64,000 bases of DNA from Eledone cirrhosa. Taxonomy: Eukaryota. Of this stretch, positions 53,001 to 64,000 are shown one piece after another. Numbering within the stretch: the stretch's first letter is position 1; each line of letters begins with the position of its first letter. The stretch covers positions 63,178,001 through 63,242,000 of the forward strand of contig OZ024743.1 of the NCBI GenBank assembly GCA_964016885.1, given 5' to 3'. The position numbers and the translations under genes were made by a program. The notes beneath the pieces are model-generated. The model had not been told where the DNA came from. It did no database searches and was given only the letters and a program-made list of their open reading frames with translations.

Positions 53001-56000
53001 GGTTGTTATGGTTGAATGCTAATATAGTTTGGATTGGTTGTTATGGTTGAATGCTGTCATGGTTTGGACTGGTTGTTATGGTTGAATGCTGTCATGGTTT
53101 GAACTGGTTGTTATGGTTGAATGCTGTCATAGTTTGGATTGGTTGTTATGGTTGAATGCTGTCATGGTTTGGATTGGTTGTTATGATTGAATGCTGTCAT
53201 AGTTTGGATTGGTTGTTATGGTTGAATGCTGTCATGGTTTGGACTGGTTGTTCTGGTTGAATGCTGTCATAGTTTGGATTGGTTGTTATGGTTGAATGCT
53301 ATCATGATTGTGATTGGTTGTTATGGTTGAATGCTGTCATGATTGGGATTGGTTGTTATGGTTGAATGCTGTCATGATTGGGATTGGTTGTTATGGTTGA
53401 ATGCTAATATAGTTTGGATTAGTTGTTATGGTTGAATGCTATCATGGTTTGGACTGGTTGTTATGGTTGAATGCTGTCATGATTGGGATTGGTTGTTATG
53501 GTTGAATGCTGTCATGGTTTGGATTGGTTGTTATGGTTGAATGCTGTCATAGTTTGGATTGGTTGTTATGGTTGAATGCTGTCATAGTTTGGATTGGTTG
53601 TTATGGTTGAATGCTGTCATAGTTTGGATTGGTTGTTATGGTTGAATGCTGTCATAGTTTGGATTGGTTGTTATGGTTGAATGCTGTCATAGTTTGGACT
53701 GGTTGTTATGGTTGAATGCTGTCATAGTTTGGACTGGTTGTTATGGTTGAATGCTGTCATGGTTTGGATTGGTTGTTATGGTTGAATGCTGTCATGGTTT
53801 GGATTGGTTGTTATGGTTGAATGCTGTCATAGTTTGGATTGGTTGTTATGGTTGAATGCTATCATGATTGGGATTGGTTGTTATGGTTGAATGCTAATAT
53901 AGTTTGGATTGGTTGTTATGGTTGAATGCTGTCATTGTTTGGACTGGTTGTTATGGTTGAATGCTGTCATAGTTTGGATTGGTTGTTATGGTTGAATGCT
54001 ATCATGATTGGGACTGGTTGTTATGGTTGAATGCTGTCATAGTTTGGATTGGTTGTTATGGTTGAATGCTATCATGATTGGGATTGGTTGTTATGGTTGA
54101 ATGCTAATATAGTTTGGATTGGTTGTTATGGTTGAATGCTGTCATGGTTTGGACTGGTTGTTATGGTTGAATGCTGTCATGATTGGGATTGGTTGTTATG
54201 GTTGAATGCTGTCATAGTTTGGATTGGTTGTTATGGTTGAATGCTGTCATGGTTTGGATTGGTTGTTATGGTTGAATGCTGTCATAGTTTGGATTGGTTG
54301 TTATGGTTGAATGCTGTCATGGTTTGGACTGGTTGTTATGGTTGAATGCTGTCATAGTTTGGATTGGTTGTTATGGTTGAATGCTGTCATAGTTTGGATT
54401 GGTTGTTATGGTTGAATGCTGTCATGGTTTGGACTGGTTGTTATGGTTGAATGCTGTCATAGTTTGGATTGGTTGTTATGGTTGAATGCTATCATGATTG
54501 GGATTGGTTGTTATGGTTGAATGCTGTCATGATTGGGATTGGTTGTTATGGTTGAATGCTGTCATGATTGGGATTGGTTGTTATGGTTGAATGCTGTCAT
54601 GATTGGGATTGGTTGTTATGGTTGAATGCTGTCATGATTTGGATTAGTTGTTATGGTTGAATGCTGTCATGGTTTGGATTGGTTATTATGGTTGAATGCT
54701 GTCATGGTTTGGATTGGTTGTTATGGTTGAATGCTGTCATAGTTTGGATTGGTTGTTATGGTTGAATGCTGTCATGGTTTGGATTGGTTGTTATGATTGA
54801 ATGCTGTCATAGTTTGGATTGGTTGTTATGGTTGAATGCTGTCATGGTTTGGACTGGTTGTTCTGGTTGAATGCTGTCATAGTTTGGATTGGTTGTTATG
54901 GTTGAATGCTATCATGATTGTGATTGGTTGTTATGGTTGAATGCTGTCATGATTGGGATTGGTTGTTATGGTTGAATGCTGTCATGATTGGGATTGGTTG
55001 TTATGGTTGAATGCTGTCATGATTGGGATTGGTTGTTATGGTTGAATGCTGTCATAGTTTGGATTGGTTGTTATGGTTGAATGCTGTTATAGTTTGGATT
55101 GGTTGTTATGGTTGAATGCTATCATGATTGTGATTGGTTGTTATGGTTGAATGCTGTCATGATTGGGATTGGTTGTTATGGTTGAATGCTGTCATGATTG
55201 GGATTGGTTGTTATGGTTGAATGCTGTCATGATTGGGATTGGTTGTTATGGTTGAATGCTGTCATGGTTTGGATTGGTTGTTATGGTTGAATGCTGTCAT
55301 GGTTTGGATTGGTTGTTATGGTTGAATGCTGTCATAGTTTGGATTGGTTGTTATGGTTGAATGCTGTCATGGTTTGGATTGGTTGTTATGGTTGAATGCT
55401 GTTATAGTTTGGATTGGTTGTTATGGTTGAATGCTATCATGATTGGGATTGGTTGTTATGGTTGAATGCTAATATAGTTTGGATTGGTTGTTATGGTTGA
55501 ATGCTGTCATGGTTTGGACTGGTTGTTATGGTTGAATGCTGTCATGGTTTGAACTGGTTGTTATGGTTGAATGCTGTCATAGTTTGGATTGGTTGTTATG
55601 GTTGAATGCTGTCATAGTTTGGATTGGTTGTTATGGTTGAATGCTGTCATAGTTTGGATTGGTTGTTATGGTTGAATGCTGTCATAGTTTGGACTGGTTG
55701 TTATGGTTGAATGCTGTCATAGTTTGGACTGGTTGTTATGGTTGAATGCTGTCATGGTTTGGATTGGTTGTTATGGTTGAATGCTGTCATGGTTTGGATT
55801 GGTTGTTATGGTTGAATGCTGTCATAGTTTGGATTGGTTGTTATGGTTGAATGCTATCATGATTGGGATTGGTTGTTACGGTTGAATGCTAATATAGTTT
55901 GGATTGGTTGTTATGGTTGAATGCTGTCATGGTTTGGACTGGTTGTTATGGTTGAATGCTGTCATAGTTTGGATTGGTTGTTATGGTTGAATGCTATCAT

Positions 56001-57805
56001 GATTGGGACTGGTTGTTATGGTTGAATGCTGTCATAGTTTGGATTGGTTGTTATGGTTGAATGCTATCATGATTGGGATTGGTTGTTATGGTTGAATGCT
56101 AATATAGTTTGGATTGGTTGTTATGGTTGAATGCTGTCATGGTTTGGACTGGTTGTTATGGTTGAATGCTGTCATGATTGGGATTGGTTGTTATGGTTGA
56201 ATGCTGTCATAGTTTGGATTGGTTGTTATGGTTGAATGCTGTCATGGTTTGGATTGGTTGTTATGGTTGAATGCTGTCATAGTTTGGATTGGTTGTTATG
56301 GTTGAATGCTGTCATGGTTTGGACTGGTTGTTATGGTTGAATGCTGTCATAGTTTGGATTGGTTGTTATGGTTGAATGCTGTCATAGTTTGGATTGGTTG
56401 TTATGGTTGAATGCTGTCATGGTTTGGACTGGTTGTTATGGTTGAATGCTGTCATAGTTTGGATTGGTTGTTATGGTTGAATGCTATCATGATTGGGATT
56501 GGTTGTTATGGTTGAATGCTGTCATGATTGGGATTGGTTGTTATGGTTGAATGCTGTCATGATTGGGATTGGTTGTTATGGTTGAATGCTGTCATGATTG
56601 GGATTGGTTGTTATGGTTGAATGCTGTCATGATTTGGATTAGTTGTTATGGTTGAATGCTGTCATGGTTTGGATTGGTTATTATGGTTGAATGCTGTCAT
56701 GGTTTGGATTGGTTGTTATGGTTGAATGCTGTCATAGTTTGGATTGGTTGTTATGGTTGAATGCTGTCATGGTTTGGATTGGTTGTTATGATTGAATGCT
56801 GTCATAGTTTGGATTGGTTGTTATGGTTGAATGCTGTCATGGTTTGGACTGGTTGTTCTGGTTGAATGCTGTCATAGTTTGGATTGGTTGTTATGGTTGA
56901 ATGCTATCATGATTGTGATTGGTTGTTATGGTTGAATGCTGTCATGATTGGGATTGGTTGTTATGGTTGAATGCTGTCATGATTGGGATTGGTTGTTATG
57001 GTTGAATGCTGTCATGATTGGGATTGGTTGTTATGGTTGAATGCTGTCATGATTGGGATTGGTTGTTATGGTTGAATGCTGTCATGATTGGGATTGGTTG
57101 TTATGGTTGAATGCTGTCATGATTTGGATTAGTTGTTATGGTTGAATGCTGTCATGGTTTGGATTGGTTGTTATGGTTGAATGCTGTCATGGTTTGGATT
57201 GGTTGTTATGGTTGAATGCTGTCATAGTTTGGATTGGTTGTTATGGTTGAATGCTGTCATGGTTTGGATTGGTTGTTATGGTTGAATGCTGTTATAGTTT
57301 GGATTGGTTGTTATGGTTGAATGCTATCATGATTGGGATTGGTTGTTATGGTTGAATGCTAATATAGTTTGGATTGGTTGTTATGGTTGAATGCTGTCAT
57401 GGTTTGGACTGGTTGTTATGGTTGAATGCTGTCATGGTTTGAACTGGTTGTTATGGTTGAATGCTGTCATAGTTTGGATTGGTTGTTATGGTTGAATGCT
57501 GTCATGATTGGGATTGGTTGTTATGGTTGAATGCTATCATGATTGGGATTGGTTGTTATGGTTGAATGCTGTCATGATTGGGATTGGTTGTTATGGTTGA
57601 ATGCTGTCATGGTGTGCACTGGTTGTTATGGTTGAATGCTGTCATGATTTGGATTGGTTGTTATCATGATTGGGATTGGTTATGTTTGAATTCTGTCATG
57701 GTTTGGATTGGTTGTTATGGTTGAATGGTGTCATGATTGGGATTGGTTGTCATGTTTGGGATTGGTTGTTATGGTTGAATGCTGTCATAGTTTGGATTGG
57801 TTGTC
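44014..57805. repeat. 35-bp satellite, ~390 copies, with higher-order structure
   Basis: Unit GGTTGTTATGGTTGAATGCTGTCATGGTTTGGATT (GTCAT at 47281 and 47316); rare variants recur 4340 bp apart. Confidence 0.98.
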
Positions 57806-57904
57806 ACAGTCGAAGTCTGTTATTTGGAGCCACTGTCCCCCTAGATAGCTAGAACTATGTCTAATTCATTATAAACATTCCCATTACAACAGAATATATA
57901 TAAC

Positions 57905-58485
57905 ACTATGCATGTGTGTATATTTGTATGTGGTATACACATGAGACTATGTGTGCGTGTATTTTTGTATGTGTATACATGCGACACCATGTATGTGTGT
58001 TTATTTGTATGTGTATACATGCGACACCATGTATGTGCATATATTTGTATGTGTATACATGCGACACCATGTATGTGCATATATTTGTATGTGTATACAT
58101 GCGACACTATGTATGTGCGTCTATTTATGTGTATTCACATGAGACTATGTATGTGTGTATATTTGTATGTGTATTCACATGACACTATGTATGTGTGTAT
58201 ATTTGTGTGTATACATGCAACATCATGTATATGAATGTATGTATATACATATGACAGCATCTGTGTTTGTACATGTATACATATGACATTGTGTGTGTTT
58301 GTATGCAAGACAGCATCTACGTGTGAATGTATGTGTATACATATGACATCACCTATATGTGTGTTTGTGAGTGTATACATATGAGATCATGTATGTGTGC
58401 TTGTTAATGTATACATATGAGATCATGTTTGAGTGTTTGTAAGTGTATATATGTGTCAGCATCTATATGTGTATGTTTATACATA
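57905..58485. repeat. Degenerate ~40-bp minisatellite
   Basis: ATTTGTATGTGTATACATGCGACACCATGTATGTGCAT recurs and decays distally. Confidence 0.8.
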
Positions 58486-59064
58486 CACCTTAGGCTATTA
58501 AATACATACCAATATACTGGTTTCATATAAATATTTATGACATCAACAAATCCTCAGTGAACATTAATCGGGGATAGTACAATGACTAATTACAAAGTTA
58601 CTTGTATGTATAATAGACACAGGATATTTTCCCACACGCATCTATTGAGCACATCATATTTTTTTAATGTAAAACTATAAATTTGTACACACACAGAGAC
58701 TCACAGACACAGACACACACACACACACAGTAGTAAATAATATAAAGGGATAAAAGGAATGCAACTAAAACGTAATATATCATATATACATTAAAGTTCA
58801 GTTGTTGCATGGTTATGTATATCACTGATGGGTCAAAAAAGTGCTGGGGCTGTTATAAAATCAAGTTGCTATGGATAAATACTATCTCAGGCATTGTACA
58901 TTAAATGTGTTTATTTATTTTTATTTTTTTTATAATAAGAACAATAAAAAGAATAACAATAATAATTATTATTATTATTATTATTATTATTCAAAGATTC
59001 AAACATTACAATGAAACTTACTTTTATTTTTTTATGTTTGTTCATTTATTTATTTATTTATTTT

Positions 59065-62000
59065 CGTCTACAACATGGTGCCACGCTAAAAACACTGGTG
59101 GTGATGTAACCATAAATTCACTAATCCTCGATATGAGTGTTTAAATGTAGAACCTAAACAGTTCAAATGACGGTGAGAAGCAGACTGGAACGCCATGTGA
59201 AAGACTCACCCAGCAAGTGCTCCCTAGCCCAGCAGCAGGGACCTGGCTGTCATCCAAATACTGCTGGTGTTGGAGGAAGAAGAAGGAATGGTACAAGAAC
59301 CAACTGGACGAGAGAATTGAATAGAACTGTCATGTTCAGAGCTGAAGAGTAACCCCATGGAAAAAGGCTATAAGAAAAGGATGCATAACATCTGGAATGA
59401 GATTGGTCTATTTAAATTAGGTGAACAAAACTTGGCCGGACAGGCTCGGGTAATAAGAACTAATGGATGGATAAGCAATTTGGAACTGGAGGAACTCAGC
59501 AGAGAGATTAAGTTGGAAATGGGGAGTGGAGTATATCAGGCAAATGAGCCAGTGGGAAATGAAGGTGAAGAAGTTGAGAGACCTGAGGAAGCATCTGAAG
59601 CAGACAATGATCTGAATGCTGAAATAAATAACATCTGGAACAAAGATACGGCCATTGAGGAAATGAATGCTGACGGGCTAGGGCAAGATTTGGTTGATAT
59701 CCTGAACTTAGTGGTAGATGAAATGAAACCTATGAACCTAAGATTTGTAGACAGGAAAAAGTTAAAAGAAACAACAGCTAAGGTAAATAGGTCATCCCAT
59801 ACCTTGAGGCAAGGAACCTTCACCAATGCAACAATATCCTCAAATCAACCGCAAATGTGGTGAAGAAATTACTTGGTATAAAAACAAGAGGAAACAACAA
59901 ACAAGAAAGATCAGAACCTTGATGGACGAAACGACTGAGTGGTCAAATCAAGGAAATGAGAAAAGACATTGGAAGCTTGAGTCTTTACTGAATGGGACAT
60001 TACAAAACATAGACACTAAAGATAGATTGAAAATAAAATACAAACCTAGGGGAAAAGAGCTAAATGTTATCATAGAGGAACTGAAGCAACACATTGTAGC
60101 AAAAAGTGCAAAGATTAGGCGGTATGAGAACAGAGTTAGTCAGTATAGACAGAACCACATGTTTGACAACAACCAGATGTTGTTTGAACAGCTTGAAGGG
60201 AAAGAAAGAGGTAATGACGTGATCCCTGAGGTTGAACAGACTAAGACTTTCTGGAGAGGAATATGGGAGCAGGATGTTGAACATAATAGTCAGGCAGTGT
60301 GGATTAAGGCAGGTCAAAAGGGGATTAGTGAACAAGCACACCAACAACCTGATTTGAGTACCACAGTTGAAACTCTTAAAGGGCAGGCCAAAAACTAACC
60401 AACTGGAAATCACTAGGCCCAGATAGTGTGCAAGGGTATTGGATTAAAAATATAACATCCCTTCACCCAAAACTGGCAACCATGTTCAATGACTGCTTGA
60501 TGTCGGGTGAGTGGTTGACAAAAGGTACCACAGTTCTGGTAATGAAAGACCGAATCAAGGGTAATGATGTTACCAACTATAGACCTATCACATGTCTGTC
60601 CGTAATGTGGAAACTGTTAACAAGCATTGTGTCTGAGGAAATCTACTATCACCTCCACATAAACAACTTGTTACCGGACGAACAGAAAGGATGCCGAAAG
60701 AAGTCTTGTGGTACAAAAGACCAATTACTTATTGATAAGATGGTAATGAGGAATTGCAAGAGGAGGCACATTGGTCTTGCCATGGGATGGATAGATTACA
60801 AAAAGGCATTCAACATGGTACCTCATTCTTGAATAACCAAAAGCCTAGAGATCTTCAAGGTGGCAGAAAACATCAGACAGCTATTGAGTAAAAGTATGAA
60901 GTCCTGGGAAACAGAGTTAACATCAGGTGGAGAATCCTTGGGAGGCATGAAGATCAAGAGGTATCTTCCAGGGAGATGGTCTATCCCCTTTGTTGTTTGT
61001 CCTTGCCCTGATACCCCTGTCCATCATATTGCAAAAAGTGAAAGCAGGATACAAGTTGGGAAGAGGAGAGCTTACCATCAACCACCTCTTCTTCATGGAC
61101 GATCTTAAACTCTTTGGGAAGAGTGAGAAGGAGTTGGATGTACTTGTTGACACTGTCCGTATTTTCAGCAATGATATATGTATGGAATTTGGTGTTAATA
61201 AGTGTGGAGTCCTAGTGATGAAGAGGGGTAAATTGAGCAGAAGCAACGGAATCCAGGTACCAACAGGTGAGATGATAAAGGAAATTGACACTGAAGAGGG
61301 ATACAAATATTTAGTTCTTCTGGAGGAAAATGACATGAACAAAACAAATGAAGGAATTGATAAGATCTGAATACATAAGGAGAGTAAGGAACATACTAAA
61401 CTCACATCTAAATAGTAGGAATGTCATAAGTGCAGTAAATTCCCGAGCTGTGTCTATTATTAGGTACAGTGCGGAGGGCGTTGGATTGGCAGAGGGTCGG
61501 ACGACATGTTGTGCAACATAGAGTTACAGCCCTTTATGATCTGAGTTCAAATCCTGCTGAGGTTAACTTTGCCTCTCATCCTTACAGGGGTCAATAAAAT
61601 AAAGTACCAGTCACGCACTGGGGTTGATTTAATCAACTTTCCTCTGCCCCCAAATTGTTGGCCTTGTGCCTATATAAGAAACCATTATTAGGTACAGTGC
61701 GGGAATTCTGAAATGGAATGTTGCTGAACAAAAAGAAATGGATAGGAAGACTAGGAAGCTAATGACTATCAACATGTTCCACAAGAGGAGTAATGTTGAT
61801 AGACTCTACTTAAAGAGATCTGAAGGTGGAAGAGGTCTTAGCATAGAGGACTGTTCAGATGGAGAAAAACAGCCTGCACAAATATGTGGCTGACAATAGG
61901 GAGCCAATGCTCAAAATTGTACTGAACGAGAAGACAATAGACCAGGGGATGTCCAAGGAGGAAATAACAACAAGGAGGAAGAGAACCTTCATGAAAAATC

Positions 62001-62840
62001 CCTTCATAGCACCTTCTTTAAGAAAACAGAACTTAGAGATCCACAGACATGGAACTGGTTAAAAAGAGGAGACCTTAAAAAAGCTACAGAAGGAATGCTA
62101 ATGGCTGCGCAAGAACAAGCCCTCAGAACGAAGTGGGTGAAACACCATATTGACAAGGAGGAAGCTAGCTCACTGTGTAGGATATGTGGAGAGAGAGAGG
62201 AGACTGTGGCTCACATTGTATCCGAGTGTAAACACCTAGCCCAGACTCACTATAAAGGCTGGAGACATGATATGATAGGCAGGGTGATCCACTGGTATCT
62301 ATGCAAACTAAACAATTTACCACATTCTGAGAAGTAGTATGAGCATAAGCCAGAGTCGGTGACAGAAAACGATCAGGTGAAGGTGCTATGGGATTTTAGG
62401 ATACAGATGGACAAGAAATTAGAACACAATAGGCCTGACCTGGTGGTTTTGGACAAGGAAAAAAGATTGTACCTGATTGTAGATGTAGCCTGCCCATTTG
62501 ACACAGGAGTGCAAGAAAAGGAGAGGGAGAAAATTAACCGATACCAGGATTTAAAGTGGGAGTTAAAAAGGATTTGGAACTGCCATGAAATCAAGGTCGT
62601 CCTGATTGTCATAGGCGCACTAGGTACTATCTCAAAGAGTTTCCAAGGATGGTTAAAAAAAGATTAGTCCAGCCCCACTTTTTGGAACACTTCAAAAGGC
62701 ATGCTTGCTGGGAACAGCAAGAACCCTCTGATATGTCCTGAATATCTGAGGCTGCAGGTAGGGCTTGATATTCATTTAAACTAACTTTCCAGTTGAATAA
62801 CATCAATGACTGAGACTCAAAGAACAATAATAATAATAAT
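59065..62840 (+). mobile_element. Decayed R4-clade (Dong/Rex6-like) RLE non-LTR retrotransposon
   Basis: Frameshifted pieces: NYRPITCL, EQKGC, WIDYKKAF, HLFFMDDLKLF, CCHC knuckle CRICGEREETVAHIVSEC, RHD, and PDLVV..VDVACP..KINRYQDL (restriction-like endonuclease); followed by (TAA)n. The 5' boundary is approximate. Confidence 0.9.
61475..61683 (+). mobile_element. tRNA-derived SINE inserted in the R4 element, 19-bp TSD
   Basis: ATTATTAGGTACAGTGCGG at 61456-61474 and 61684-61702; B box GAGTTCAAATC; same family as 63711-63881. Confidence 0.9.
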
Positions 62841-62845
62841 GATAA

Positions 62846-63697
62846 CTAGCAGAATGGCCCGGTGTTGCCCGGGATTCTAAACATAGATTGGCATGTTTAT
62901 CCTTCCTTTCTGAAACAGTACAGAGAAGTACAGAATACCTTGGCCTAGGGATGGTGTCTACATTTTGTGCTTATAAAAAAAATTTGCTGTAGATTACCAG
63001 GAGTTTAACTTAATTGGGTGCCTGAGAGTAAAATGTTCAACCCATGAAAGGCAAGACGATAAACCGAACAAACCGAACATGTATTTGTTGTGCTATGGTA
63101 CAATGAAAGCAATAGTTACAGAGCAGTAAGCATGTGGGACTGCAGTGGTCGAGAGCATGAAGGAATTGAGTTGGATACTTTTAAGGTTACAGGCCCTAAC
63201 ACAACCAAAATGCTAAACAATGCGGTCCCTAGGCAAAAATTTGAAATCTTGTTCAGTCAAGAAAATTTGTGAAACATAAGTAATGCATATGCAAAGTTTT
63301 AAAAAACAAAATTGGTTGGGTACTTCTCGAGTTACAGGCCCTAACGCAACCAAAAGGCCTTTAAAAAAATAAGTTTTTCGCCTAATGCGGTCCCTGGGGC
63401 CAAAAATGAGAAAATCTGTTTTGCTCAAAACACTTTAAACGACATAAGTAATGCAAATTTTGAAAAAATAGCCTGGATTATTGTTCAGTTATGCCTCAAA
63501 AAAGCCTTGAAAGCCTAAAATATGCAGTTTTTCGCCTAATGCGGGTCCTAGGGCATGGAAAATTTGAAATATATTTTGCTCAAAACACTCACACGACCAT
63601 AAGTATTACATGTGTAAAGTTTGAAAAAAATCGGTTGGGTGGTTCTCAAGTTTTAAGGGGACAGACAGACAGATATTCTCTGTTTTAGATATATAGA
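62846..63697 (-). mobile_element. Non-autonomous Helitron
   Basis: On the minus strand: 5' TC (63697), subterminal (CTGT)n, 3' CTAG (62846-62849) with hairpin CCCGG-6nt-CCGGG (62858-62873) 8 nt away; inserted between A and T without TSD. Confidence 0.8.
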
Positions 63698-63710
63698 TAA
63701 TAATAATAAT

Positions 63711-63881
63711 AATTGTTTCTACTTTTGGCACAAGGCCAGCAATCATCCAATACATTACTGGTACTTTATTTTATCAACCTCATAAGGATGAAGGGCAAAG
63801 TTAACCTCGGCGGGATTTGAACTCAGAACGTAAAGGGACGTAACTATGCTGGAAAGCATGTCCGACCCTCTACCGATACTG
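63711..63881 (-). mobile_element. tRNA-derived (ATT)n-tailed SINE
   Basis: B box on the minus strand (GATTTGAACTC on plus), core AGGATGAAGGGCAAAGTTAACCTCGG; flanked by (AAT)n. Confidence 0.85.
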
Positions 63882-64000
63882 AATAATAATAATAATAACA
63901 ATAATAGGCTAGAGAGGAATTTCAACTGAGTAGGTACATGTTTTATGTCTGGGTTCCATGCTAATACTGGTTGGACAGGTTAGGAGACGAGACAGGTCAG

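Noticed and set aside
44014-57805. CRISPR-like or coding repeat
   Set aside because: Contiguous 35-bp monomers without spacers; stop codons recur throughout; eukaryotic context.
59065-59155. HDV-like ribozyme at the R4 5' end (TCCTCG word)
   Set aside because: I could not build the nested double pseudoknot by eye; it needs a descriptor or covariance search.

Overview
AT-rich, repeat-saturated eukaryotic DNA. The SINE/LINE/microsatellite repertoire resembles an octopus or other coleoid genome (inference only). The only host coding sequence I can support is one 121-bp minus-strand LRR exon of a Scribble/LAP-family gene (27910-28030), so the window is probably mostly giant introns. Main contents: (1) a cluster of five RTE-clade LINE copies in both orientations, each separated by a compound CATTACAC-(TA)n microsatellite (1-9390); (2) a 44-bp satellite; (3) MITEs, SINEs and decayed LINE fragments; (4) a Penelope-like GIY-YIG fragment forming a ~1-kb-arm palindrome with a 13-nt loop, a 15-bp flanking direct repeat and hammerhead-like motifs, with an intact 1039-aa RTE LINE (APE + RT with an internal PHD finger) inserted in one arm; (5) a 13.8-kb 35-bp satellite whose monomer appears to derive from the RTE 3' tail and which has a 4340-bp higher-order duplication; (6) a decayed R4/Dong-type RLE retrotransposon, a non-autonomous Helitron and SINEs. 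Recurring theme: RTE ends and RTE target junctions seem to seed tandem repeats. All alignments were done by eye, and family names rest on recalled motifs, not database searches.
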